64,000 nt of DNA from a virus. Taxonomy: Duplodnaviria > Heunggongvirae > Uroviricota > Caudoviricetes. A model generated the notes under the pieces. That model had not been told where the DNA came from. It saw nothing but the letters and a program-made list of their open reading frames with translations, and made no database searches. The position numbers and the translations under genes are program-made. The stretch is from the IMG/VR virus record IMGVR_UViG_3300009709_000002, positions 128,001-192,000 of that record. The stretch is one strand, 5' to 3'. Within the stretch, counting starts at the first letter, position 1. Every line of letters begins with the position of its first letter. This document shows positions 43,512-52,809 of this stretch, piece by piece.

Positions 43512-45062
43512 TTAGAACACGAATGGAACCGGATCTCCACCACCATACTCATCTTCACCAGTCGAGTCAAGATCGTGATGGTAGAAGTCTCCTTCTGATT
43601 CATACAGCTTCGTGAAGACTTCTGGCTCATACTCTGACAGCTGCTTGATGATCTGTGCTACGATCAGCATCGCCGAGATCAAGTCATCATGTGCACCAAA
43701 TTTTGCGGTGTAAGCTGCACCAGAACGAACGTACGTCTTCAGTTCCTTGATGAGCGGGCCAGAGTTGATGACCAAATTGTTCTTGGGCTTTTCAATCAAC
43801 GTCTTCAATGTCTTACACGCGAGAGCCTTCGACTTACCTGAGGTGTTGATACCAAGCTTTTCACCGATCGAGACAAGCTCAGCTTCGTGTGGGAAGTGCT
43901 CATCATTGTTGAACAGTGCAGAGATAGCCGCACCAACCGAGTTGTTTTCAAATGACCAGTGAACACCTGGCGGCTTACCTGCGTGATTGCGATATGACAG
44001 CAACTTTTCGCAGATCCACTTTACCGCAGCGTAGAGCTCAGGTTCCTTGATGCGGTTTGAACGAAATTCAGCGATCTGGAACATCGTCTCAAGCTCAACT
44101 ACCTGGATGACAGAGTAGTCTTTGTTCATACCTTGAGCCACGTCGATACCCACAATGTAGGTCATCTTTGCCGATGGTTCCTTCCAGAACACGAAGCCGT
44201 GATCCTTCATGAATGGCTCTGCGAAACGCAGATTTGCTAGCGTGATCGAGTTGATCAGCAAGTCATCTGAAGAAATGAATTCACACTCATATTCCTGCAG
44301 CCACTTTTCTTCACCGATCTTACGGATCATCTCCTGCTTGTAGGTCTCAGTGCGCTCCGGGTGTTCATTCCATAGAACTTCAACCGGCACAAAACCATTT
44401 AGGCCAGACTCTGCTTCTCGCCAGATCTTGGCAAACAGGTCCATGTCGCCGTTAGGCGTGGAGGATATGATACAAGAACCACCAGTCGAGATCGTTGGCG
44501 CTAGTGAGGTCCACATTTCATCTTGGATTCGATTCTGAACGAACGCCAACTCGTCAAGCATCAGCAGGGAGATCGAACGACCACGACCAGTGTTTTCAGT
44601 CGTTGCAGATGAAGTGATGGTAGAATCATTGTCGAATTCAACTGAATGCTTGTTGAATGCCTTAGCTCCCGGCTTCAACCAGTCTGGAAGTTCTTCATAA
44701 GCGTAGCGGATGCGGTTCATAATGTCGATCGCACCAGCGTTCTTGTTCGATGCAACCATGATGTACTTGTCGAAGTGGAAGCAAGCGAACCAAAGCAGAT
44801 ATGCTGCGATGACAGTTGACTTACCAAGCTGTCGGCCAGCTTTGACAACGCACCAACGATTTTCCTGGAAAGCGCGGATGCATCGAATCTGATAGTCAAA
44901 CAGCTCAAGCTTCAGCTTTCCCTTCTTTGGGTGCTGAACGTACATGTAGTTGCTGATGAAGTAGACTGGATCCAGTCTACATCTTTTAAGCTCTTGTACC
45001 TGCCAAGCATTATACTCGGCTTCAGTATTTGGCTTCTTGATTAACTCATTCTTATTTGTCAT
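43512..45062 (-). CDS. Terminase large subunit (gp17)
   Basis: DPVYF, GRQLGKST, LDELAF, SSTPNG, GIDVAQG, HDDL. Confidence 0.96.
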   Translation of the reverse strand: MTNKNELIKKPNTEAEYNAWQVQELKRCRLDPVYFISNYMYVQHPKKGKLKLELFDYQIRCIRAFQENRWCVVKAGRQLGKSTVIAAYLLWFACFHFDKYIMVASNKNAGAIDIMNRIRYAYEELPDWLKPGAKAFNKHSVEFDNDSTITSSATTENTGRGRSISLLMLDELAFVQNRIQDEMWTSLAPTISTGGSCIISSTPNGDMDLFAKIWREAESGLNGFVPVEVLWNEHPERTETYKQEMIRKIGEEKWLQEYECEFISSDDLLINSITLANLRFAEPFMKDHGFVFWKEPSAKMTYIVGIDVAQGMNKDYSVIQVVELETMFQIAEFRSNRIKEPELYAAVKWICEKLLSYRNHAGKPPGVHWSFENNSVGAAISALFNNDEHFPHEAELVSIGEKLGINTSGKSKALACKTLKTLIEKPKNNLVINSGPLIKELKTYVRSGAAYTAKFGAHDDLISAMLIVAQIIKQLSEYEPEVFTKLYESEGDFYHHDLDSTGEDEYGGGDPVPFVF

Positions 45063-45146
45063 ATGGGTATGCTCCAAAGATTTCCATGGAGATATTTAGG
45101 TTTGAATTGATGATATTCTTGGAACCGCTTTAAATAATAAGTGGCC

Positions 45147-45902
45147 TTAGTCACCTTTCTTTAAGCTTAATTCGTCATCTTGAGCTTTCATGATTTGATC
45201 ACGAAGTTTTTCTACGTAGCCATTATTGCGGAGTGCTTTAAAGACTAGATTTTCAAGGCTAAACTCACCACCGCTTTCCAAGCCAGCTCTACGAAAACGT
45301 GATAGTTTATCATTCAGCTCTTCTAATGCCGTTGCATCATTAGCACCAGATTTAGTCAGATCGTCAATTTGATTAGCAAGCTCTTTGACTTTGTGTTTAA
45401 TTTGTGATGCTTTATACTTGACATTATGCTTGCTTGGAACCTTGATCCAGGCATTATTCTTGATAGAGAATGAGCCTGAATCGGTGATGCCAGTTTCATT
45501 GTCACCATCTTGTGCATAAAGCTCAACTGGAAATCCATAGATCTCCATGTCATGACGTTCATTCCAAAGTGCTTTCTTGGCAAACAAACAATCATTGAAA
45601 TTAAACTCTTTACAGTCTTCACAATTTACTTTGCCAAGATCCAATATGACGTGAATGTCAATATCCGAAAGCTTGGTCCAATTGTAGTTAACATTGCTTC
45701 CAGTGAAGATAATGTCACTTACAGCGTCAGATGGTAGTTTCAAAGTCTCAATGAACTTATTTGCGATTCTTAAAAGAGCTGCATCAACCTTTGGCTTAAG
45801 CTCATAACCATTATGAAGTTTATCCCAAAGCGCTGGATTCAGCTCATCATGATACGCAAGCTTAAGCTCCATGTCGCTTTCAAGAAAGGTCTTGAATTTC
45901 AT
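45147..45902 (-). CDS. Pol-beta-superfamily nucleotidyltransferase with a capsid-targeting-like N-terminus
   Basis: GSNVNYNWTKLSDIDIH, VELY; N-terminus MKFKTFLE-S. Confidence 0.75.
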   Translation of the reverse strand: MKFKTFLESDMELKLAYHDELNPALWDKLHNGYELKPKVDAALLRIANKFIETLKLPSDAVSDIIFTGSNVNYNWTKLSDIDIHVILDLGKVNCEDCKEFNFNDCLFAKKALWNERHDMEIYGFPVELYAQDGDNETGITDSGSFSIKNNAWIKVPSKHNVKYKASQIKHKVKELANQIDDLTKSGANDATALEELNDKLSRFRRAGLESGGEFSLENLVFKALRNNGYVEKLRDQIMKAQDDELSLKKGD

Positions 45903-46444
45903 TTCACTTCCTTAGCTTGAACGTCAACGATCTGAGCTTGTTCAACTGTGTCAGCTTCCATCATCTGGCGAAGAATCGCGTTACGATCGGCGATAAAGAC
46001 GTTCTGGTTAAGCGTCTGTGGAGTTCCTGCTTGCTGGGCGGCGATGCGCAGCTTACCGCGCTTGTACTTAGCATCGACACGAGAATTCGTTGCATTCAAT
46101 GCAATGTTCAAATATTGCGCAGCAACTTCAGCGTTACGAGCAGCAAACTTCGGATCGACTTCTTGTGACATGCGTGACTGCTGGTTGAAAGCCGTCAATG
46201 CAGCGTCATGAATAGTTGCTAGCTGACGATCCACTGCCAAATCATCTAGACGATCTTCACGAGCAATATCTTCAGACGTTAGCCCATCAACCTTACGTTC
46301 AATAGCTGTTCCTGTGCTCGGATCGATCAAATCAGTCGATGGAGTCGTTGGATCAGTCTCTATGCCAAATACTGGAGTTGATCCGCTATCAATATTGAAC
46401 ACATCTTCAAGTGGATGCGAGTGTTCAGTTTCTTGACTCATCAT
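45899..46444 (-). CDS. Probable terminase small subunit
   Basis: Helical core plus NVFIADRN; located near terL. Confidence 0.5.
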   Translation of the reverse strand: MMSQETEHSHPLEDVFNIDSGSTPVFGIETDPTTPSTDLIDPSTGTAIERKVDGLTSEDIAREDRLDDLAVDRQLATIHDAALTAFNQQSRMSQEVDPKFAARNAEVAAQYLNIALNATNSRVDAKYKRGKLRIAAQQAGTPQTLNQNVFIADRNAILRQMMEADTVEQAQIVDVQAKEVK

Positions 46445-46451
46445 CTTCTCC

Positions 46452-46874
46452 TTATTTCTTTTTTGTAAAGAGTTCATCTTGTGTCAGAACTCTAAATCGA
46501 ATGTTAGCTTTTTCGCAATAAGCTCGTGCAGCTTCCCATTTAGCTTGATTGATTACGTAACTCACCTTCTCATAATTTGTCATTCTCTTGCTAATGACAG
46601 CTTGCTTGAGAGGTTTGATCTCAATCATCTCGGTGATGATATTTCCATTCTTATCGCGATACTTAACGATAAAGTCAGGAATGTAGTTGCAGATTTTTTG
46701 CTTAACAGGATGGTAGTACTTGACATGAACCTCTTCAGAAGCCCACTCAATTACATTGGGATTTGTATCGCAGAAAGTCATAAATCTGGCTTCCCAAGAA
46801 GACAAGAATCTAATCTTGCTTGGATCACCAACGTACTTCTCTGGATAAATGGGGGTGTATAAACCTTTGGCCAA
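46452..46874 (-). CDS. Head completion nuclease (gp4, TnsA-like)
   Basis: PEKYVGD, SSWE, WASEE, YIPDF, EIKP, NQAKW. Confidence 0.9.
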   Translation of the reverse strand: MAKGLYTPIYPEKYVGDPSKIRFLSSWEARFMTFCDTNPNVIEWASEEVHVKYYHPVKQKICNYIPDFIVKYRDKNGNIITEMIEIKPLKQAVISKRMTNYEKVSYVINQAKWEAARAYCEKANIRFRVLTQDELFTKKK

Positions 46875-46918
46875 GACTTCCTCCTATGACTATTGGAGTA
46901 TTTATCTTGGCCAGAGAT

Positions 46919-48124
46919 TTAACCAGTTGTGAAAGTATATTGCGGAGTACTGCTGTCACTAACGACAGATTCACCGCTATCTAAGCTTCCAGGAGGCGCC
47001 AGGTTAGATCCGTTTTGTACACTATTGAGAGTGAACTGCAGATTTGAATTCAACGTAGTTCCTGCGCTATTGATGACAGAAGCGTTATTGTAAGCAGAGA
47101 TCGGGTTGTTGCCGGTTTGCCCAGACAGTCCCGATAATGCAGCTGGAAGCATAGTATTGCCGCCAGTGATAGCCGCAAGCTGGTCAGACGTCAAGTTACT
47201 ACCCATCTGGCTTGAAAGAGCACCATTTGCTGCGGAGAATAGACCTGTCATGTTCGATCCAGTAGCACTTTGCGCCACTAGCACTCCAGCCTCAAGAAGT
47301 GAAGATGCGCCGCCATTAGCATTGCTAACTCCGCCTGCTAGCAAGTCGGTGTTGCCCCATGAGTAAAGCGTGCTCTGAGCCACTGTCGTGCACTGAATTC
47401 CATCATAGTGGAACATCACCGTCATCGTGCTACCACCATTTTCTTCCATGCTTAGTTCATCAAAGTCAAATGATTCAATACGTGGGTTAGTAAAGATGAA
47501 TCTGTTTGATGACGTACCATTACCGAAGACCTGCTCGATCGTGATGCTCGTTCCTTGCGCGTAGCCGTTCTTGTATGGAAGCGATGATGAAGACTTCGTA
47601 AAGCCGTTGTTCGTACCAACCCCGCCGGCGCCTTGACCAGACTGTGTGGCCATGTAAGCACTGAAGAACTCATTGACGCTGTTCCCAATTTCATCGAGGA
47701 ATGTGACGCTCAGCGGTTCAAAGGTGACGCTTGTTAGAACCTTAGAACGGAAGTTATAGAAGTTCACTTCCTGGTGATTGAATCTAACACGCGGCTTATC
47801 TACCGTGTGGACATAATAGTAGAAGTCACGAGTCGCAAATCCAGAGAACAAGACTTTGAATAGGAACTTGAACTTTGGCTGGTGATTCACCAGGTCATTA
47901 GCATAACCGGTCGACGTCCAATCACCAGGTGTAGTAGAAACAGCTTCACCACCGCCAAGAGCTTGAGTCAATAGCGTGCTTGCATTCAGACCAGAGCCGC
48001 CTGACAATGAATCAACCGCTTGAGCAAAGAGATTTACAGCCCCGCCCGCGCTGGTTGCACCAAAACTATCTGTGACACCGGCATTAATGCCGATGCTATT
48101 AAGGGCTGTATCAATTATGCTCAT
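46919..48124 (-). CDS. Baseplate/tail-tube initiator-like protein
   Basis: Tail-tube-like central domain (PKFKFLF, FEPLSVTFLD) with S/G/N-rich arms. Confidence 0.6.
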   Translation of the reverse strand: MSIIDTALNSIGINAGVTDSFGATSAGGAVNLFAQAVDSLSGGSGLNASTLLTQALGGGEAVSTTPGDWTSTGYANDLVNHQPKFKFLFKVLFSGFATRDFYYYVHTVDKPRVRFNHQEVNFYNFRSKVLTSVTFEPLSVTFLDEIGNSVNEFFSAYMATQSGQGAGGVGTNNGFTKSSSSLPYKNGYAQGTSITIEQVFGNGTSSNRFIFTNPRIESFDFDELSMEENGGSTMTVMFHYDGIQCTTVAQSTLYSWGNTDLLAGGVSNANGGASSLLEAGVLVAQSATGSNMTGLFSAANGALSSQMGSNLTSDQLAAITGGNTMLPAALSGLSGQTGNNPISAYNNASVINSAGTTLNSNLQFTLNSVQNGSNLAPPGSLDSGESVVSDSSTPQYTFTTG

Positions 48125-48125
48125 T

Positions 48126-48602
48126 TTATTCAGGCTTCAAAAGTTTCATTACTTCTTTGACAAATGCCACGGTATGCTTGTGAATGTGCTTACCCATGTG
48201 GATCTCACGCATTACAACTTCACCGTCTTTCATGATGTAATTCGTGCGCTTCTTTGACTTGATTTCGAAGGTGCGGTAAAGTGCACGAATCTTCTTGTCA
48301 AGCTCTCCACCCTTCACGATCTTGAGAGGCGCAAGCGAGTTAATTTCAAATTCACCGGAGTCAGTGCTATTGTCGAAGGTAATCATCAGGTGCTTACCCT
48401 TTTCAGTTTTCAGCACGCTCTTCGAGTTGCTAACACCATAGTACTTGTAATCCTTGCTACGTTTCAAATCACGAACATATCCACCTTTGTGATGGAAGAT
48501 CATTTCAGCGATCTTGTCGATCATGGAACGAGTCTTTTCAACCTCAGGATCTTCAATGATGTTCTTCTTAGATTCGGCCAAAAACTCTTTGAATGTCGTC
48601 AT
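48126..48602 (-). CDS. Putative internal head protein
   Basis: MTTFKEFLAE-S, close to the T4 IP leader MKTYQEFIAE; own late promoter. Confidence 0.65.
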   Translation of the reverse strand: MTTFKEFLAESKKNIIEDPEVEKTRSMIDKIAEMIFHHKGGYVRDLKRSKDYKYYGVSNSKSVLKTEKGKHLMITFDNSTDSGEFEINSLAPLKIVKGGELDKKIRALYRTFEIKSKKRTNYIMKDGEVVMREIHMGKHIHKHTVAFVKEVMKLLKPE

Positions 48603-48680
48603 GCTTAATCTCCTTATGATGCTATTTATGGAAAAGACAAAAGGGGCAAAATGCCCCTTTGTATGAACTTAAGCCGAAGC

Positions 48681-49274
48681 TTAAGAGAGAAGACCGCCGA
48701 TTGCGGAACCGCCGATATCTGGTGTAAGAACTTGACGAGCTTGGTCGAAACGAATCGTCAGAGAGATCGTTACCTTACCACCTTCTGCGTAGTCCAAGTC
48801 ACCATATTCAACGTTCTGAATAAAGCAACCTTCGCACAACCATGATTCAAGAACAGTTTCATTACCGTCAAGCATGTTCAGAGTAGTACCAAACTTGTAT
48901 GACGATGCCGTCGCTTCAGTGTTCAGCCATGGGCCTGTAGCACCGATAAGACGCTGTTGCAGTTCAAGTTGAGCTTGAATAGCGTTTGAAGCCAAGTTCG
49001 TAACGTCATCTTCAAGCGTAAGTTGCATAGGCTGGAATGAATGCTTACCAGCTACGTATGCACGCGAGTTGTATCGGTCAAGTTGAACTTCTTCAAATTC
49101 AAGTGACGGACGAGTCACTGTAATCAGCTGAAGTGAAAGATTAGTAGCCACACCAGCCGTAGAGCCGGTGGCGCCGCCCAGTCCGCTAAAAATCACGTTC
49201 CAGCGGTTCTTGTGCTTTGGGTGCAGGATACCGTTACCCACACCGTAGATGCCTACTTGGGATAGTGTTGCCAT
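48681..49274 (-). CDS. Tail tube protein (gp19-like)
   Basis: RPSLEF, YVAGK, W-x-x-EGCF, LDY, TIRFD. Confidence 0.88.
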   Translation of the reverse strand: MATLSQVGIYGVGNGILHPKHKNRWNVIFSGLGGATGSTAGVATNLSLQLITVTRPSLEFEEVQLDRYNSRAYVAGKHSFQPMQLTLEDDVTNLASNAIQAQLELQQRLIGATGPWLNTEATASSYKFGTTLNMLDGNETVLESWLCEGCFIQNVEYGDLDYAEGGKVTISLTIRFDQARQVLTPDIGGSAIGGLLS

Positions 49275-49363
49275 GTTAGAGTTTCTCCAGAAAGTCGACC
49301 GTCTGTGTTGTTACGGTGTAGTTTTGTACGATGTATTTATTTAGATTGTCCATTTTTCAAACT

Positions 49364-50200
49364 TTAATCCACGGAGGTATTGATATCTTCGGTGTAAATT
49401 GGTGCAGAATTGTCAGGAACACCAGGAGTTACAATCACACCGCCCTCTGACGTCGGAGTAAGAGTCATGGAAGTGAATAGATCCGGAGAGTCAAACGGTT
49501 GAAGCACGCCATTTTCATCGTACTGATTCAGCGTCAGACCTTCAAGATCACCGAAACGAATAGCGATACTTTGAATTAGCTGTTCACGCATTTCAGCCGG
49601 CGGTGATAACCAAGCTGGCATTCTGAACTCTAGCGTCCAAGTAATGACGCGACGTTCAGTACCAAGAGGATAATTCTCTTCATTGTTGATGCCTTCCAAG
49701 TAAACGCTGGTGATCTTTGTCCAGTCGAATGGAGCATCATTACGCTGAACTTGCAAGTCATAGTCAAACAGAATCAAAATCTGCTCGAGAATCTGGAGCA
49801 GCTGATCGGTGTTTGACGCGTAGATAGCCAGCTCAAAATGCAAGTCATAAGGGATCGGCATTACACGACGAACAACCTTCAAATCGGTCGGGTAAACTCC
49901 ACCTTGCTCTAAAACCGTGCGCTTATCCACGCCGTTCAATCCGCGAACACGATCTGGAGCCATCTCCATGTTAGTCATATAGCATGACATAATTGGAAGT
50001 GTAAATTGCTGGTTCTGAGTGTTACGAGCTCCAATTGAAGCTACCACTCTGTCCATTGAACCATAGACGATTGGAACTTGAATGAATTGTTCACAACCGC
50101 ACTCATCTTTACCAGCCTGAACTTGAAGCCCAGCAAACAAATTAGCAAACATGACGATGTATTGCTTAAGCTGCTTGTTGTAGTAATATTGTCTAATCAT
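49364..50200 (-). CDS. Tail terminator / sheath stabiliser (gp15-like)
   Basis: YYYNKQ, VPIVYG, PIPYDLHFEL, QILEQILILF. Confidence 0.85.
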   Translation of the reverse strand: MIRQYYYNKQLKQYIVMFANLFAGLQVQAGKDECGCEQFIQVPIVYGSMDRVVASIGARNTQNQQFTLPIMSCYMTNMEMAPDRVRGLNGVDKRTVLEQGGVYPTDLKVVRRVMPIPYDLHFELAIYASNTDQLLQILEQILILFDYDLQVQRNDAPFDWTKITSVYLEGINNEENYPLGTERRVITWTLEFRMPAWLSPPAEMREQLIQSIAIRFGDLEGLTLNQYDENGVLQPFDSPDLFTSMTLTPTSEGGVIVTPGVPDNSAPIYTEDINTSVD

Positions 50201-50203
50201 GTC

Positions 50204-51121
50204 TTATACCAGTTGCGAAAGAAGCTTAATTGCTTTCTTCCATTGAGTTGGATTCTTTCTCTTCAGTGCTGCAAAGAATGGCGAGCGACGAGTGTAGGAT
50301 ATCTTCTCAAGGTCTGAGCCTTTTGGCGGTGTCGTTCCGTCTGCGTAAGTGAAGTGAGCTAGAGCTTTCTCTTTGTCATAATCCTTGACGTCAAACTCTT
50401 TTGACAAATCTTCTACACCTCTAAAATATGCAGCTTCTGACTTGATTTGAGGGTCAAATTCTACCGGTGAGTTGTAATAGTCATCACTGTTTTCATCAGT
50501 TAGATTGTCAGCAGCATAATCACTCTTCACATTATACTCATGGAACCTACGCAGCACCAAGAATTGAATCATGTGAGCAGTTTCATGGTCTACAACACCG
50601 ATCAACGATGGCAGCTTATCGAGTAAGACAGAATGAACACGATCAATATCTATGTGATCATCTAGCAACATTCCTGATTTCTTTAGTGAAAAGCTCATCG
50701 TCAGCGTAGCAGGATGAAAAGCACCAGATGATGTAAGTGAGCTTTGCTGTGAAAGATCTATTTCAGCAATCACATGATCGTAGCTGTGAAGCTTTGACAC
50801 GTCGGTGCCAAGCTTCTTCAGCTTATCCAGGTAGCGATCAGGAAGATCCGAGAAGTCAAGCTTGAACTCGTGCTCTTCAATCGTTGCTTTACCAACTTTC
50901 TCTGAATACTTGTCATCCGGAAGAGGTAGCTTATGCTTATAAGCTACCTTCTTTAGAAGCTGGTGAGCCGTATTAAAGTCTTTTCCTTCAAGATGCTCCT
51001 CAATTTTGTCTTTCGTGTAGGCTAGATAAGTGTAGACCACAAAGTCCGTGATGTCTTTCAACAGTTTTGGAGGGTTCTGAATCAGGCCCTCTTTCAAAAA
51101 TTGCTTGAATGTAACTTTCAT
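50204..51121 (-). CDS. HExxH zincin-like protein with a capsid-targeting-like N-terminus
   Basis: MKVTFKQFLKE-G; DHETAHMIQ; YYNSPVEF. Confidence 0.6.
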   Translation of the reverse strand: MKVTFKQFLKEGLIQNPPKLLKDITDFVVYTYLAYTKDKIEEHLEGKDFNTAHQLLKKVAYKHKLPLPDDKYSEKVGKATIEEHEFKLDFSDLPDRYLDKLKKLGTDVSKLHSYDHVIAEIDLSQQSSLTSSGAFHPATLTMSFSLKKSGMLLDDHIDIDRVHSVLLDKLPSLIGVVDHETAHMIQFLVLRRFHEYNVKSDYAADNLTDENSDDYYNSPVEFDPQIKSEAAYFRGVEDLSKEFDVKDYDKEKALAHFTYADGTTPPKGSDLEKISYTRRSPFFAALKRKNPTQWKKAIKLLSQLV

Positions 51122-52809
51122 TAGATCTTCTTATCGATGTTAAATCTTGTCTCAGATTCCAGCATGCCTTCAATCGTTGGCTTGTGTGAATCTGGCTTTC
51201 TTCTTCTATTGAATTCAACGATCGACCAACGTCCAGTCGTCTTATTGAACTGAAGTAGACGTTCTGGAGGACGTGAAGCTTTTGGAAGATAGTCATACGT
51301 CTGGCGGTGATAAGCACCATCTGCCAGACCTGCGATATTCGGAAGCTGTGGGCCAGTCGTATATGGCGCTCCATTCGGTGGAATACCATCCGATGAATAT
51401 GCATCACGACCGTCATAACCGCCTCGAGGGCCGAGAATTGGTTCGCCAGACTGAATATCTTGCGGATCACTACCAGTCTGTGGAACAGCATCCTTCATGA
51501 TCTGCTCAATCTCTTCGGTAGCTTCATAAGCTTGTTGATTCAACAGTGCACCACCAGCAAAGAAGTCAGAATCACTCTGAGCTGCGTTGACGCCATTGTT
51601 CTTTCCTGGAAGACCGAGAATGTCTTTGTGTTCTTGCGACGGTAGCACAGGTACAGCATAGAAGCGGAAGAGGTTAGGCTTCCAGTTGAATGTGTAACCT
51701 TCTGTGCTCCAGTTCGTGTCGGTAACTTCAAGCCACTTTCTCACAGGGCGCAGCTTCGTGTCATACTGAACTTCACCAGGCAGCTCAAGAATATCACCTA
51801 CGATGACAGGTCTGCCGAGCAGCTGAATCATCATTGGATAGCTAACAGTGAAGATGTATGATTCTGGTAGGTTGATACCAAACTTTGCCAGCTCAGTTTG
51901 AACGTCAAGCAGATCGTATGAAGCTTTCAGCATCGTCGACGTGCGGCAATATGCTCTGTCACGATTTTCGCGGAAGAAAGTATCCTGCACATTATCAAGT
52001 GACAGCTGGGTCGACTCGAGAAGTTGAAGCTGAACAATTTCCCAAGCAGAGTTAGTAGCCACACCATTGAAGAACAATGGAATGAAACGCCATTGATTGA
52101 ACATGGCATCACTCTTGAAACCGACCGTCACCATATCTGGTGAGTCTGGAATTGCTACCACATCAACTCGGTGCCATCTACGTCCATCATCTGAAGCTTC
52201 AACTCTAATCTGAGTCACACGGTTTAGCGTATCTGCACCTTGCTTGATATTGATAGAGTTGATCTTCTTACGAACTGGCTCTGATGGAGCATAACGTTCT
52301 TGAGGAGTTCCAATGAGGTTCCAAGCCTTCTTAGTGCCGAAACTATAGCCAATGAAGGCTGGAGCTTCAGTTACGCCAGCGCCTTGCTGCACCGAACGCC
52401 AAGTGTTGGTATTGCCATTAAAAGCGTCGAGGATATTGAAACCAGATGGAGTTCCAGAGCACAATGGATAGCCAGAGCCAGTCTGGTCAATGTTAGATCC
52501 CTGATTGTGAACTCCAAGCAGAGGGAACACATTTACTGGACCAGCTGCAGCTTGAAGTGCTTCAGCTTGAAGTGCAGCAATGTAGTCAGCTTCCGTCTGA
52601 GCACACTCAGATGTCGAGTAGTCCAGCGTTCCAATTGGAAGAGCTGGAATCGTGTAGTCAGTGCCTGACGTGTCATACGCAAAGTCTAAGATCGGCACAC
52701 CATGCTCGCATACTCCAGTTTGAGTTGGAGCCGAATTTGGTGTGCCGGTCGGACGAGGACGCGGCGGGCAGTGTGGGCATTGTTGATAGTTTGCCATTTG
52801 CTTAACCAA
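51121..52809 (-). CDS. Neck protein (gp14-like) with an inserted beta-sandwich domain
   Basis: FRENRDRAY, ELAKFGI, GDILELP, WLEVTD; insertion containing EASDDG-x-x-W. Confidence 0.65.
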   Translation of the reverse strand: MVKQMANYQQCPHCPPRPRPTGTPNSAPTQTGVCEHGVPILDFAYDTSGTDYTIPALPIGTLDYSTSECAQTEADYIAALQAEALQAAAGPVNVFPLLGVHNQGSNIDQTGSGYPLCSGTPSGFNILDAFNGNTNTWRSVQQGAGVTEAPAFIGYSFGTKKAWNLIGTPQERYAPSEPVRKKINSINIKQGADTLNRVTQIRVEASDDGRRWHRVDVVAIPDSPDMVTVGFKSDAMFNQWRFIPLFFNGVATNSAWEIVQLQLLESTQLSLDNVQDTFFRENRDRAYCRTSTMLKASYDLLDVQTELAKFGINLPESYIFTVSYPMMIQLLGRPVIVGDILELPGEVQYDTKLRPVRKWLEVTDTNWSTEGYTFNWKPNLFRFYAVPVLPSQEHKDILGLPGKNNGVNAAQSDSDFFAGGALLNQQAYEATEEIEQIMKDAVPQTGSDPQDIQSGEPILGPRGGYDGRDAYSSDGIPPNGAPYTTGPQLPNIAGLADGAYHRQTYDYLPKASRPPERLLQFNKTTGRWSIVEFNRRRKPDSHKPTIEGMLESETRFNIDKKI

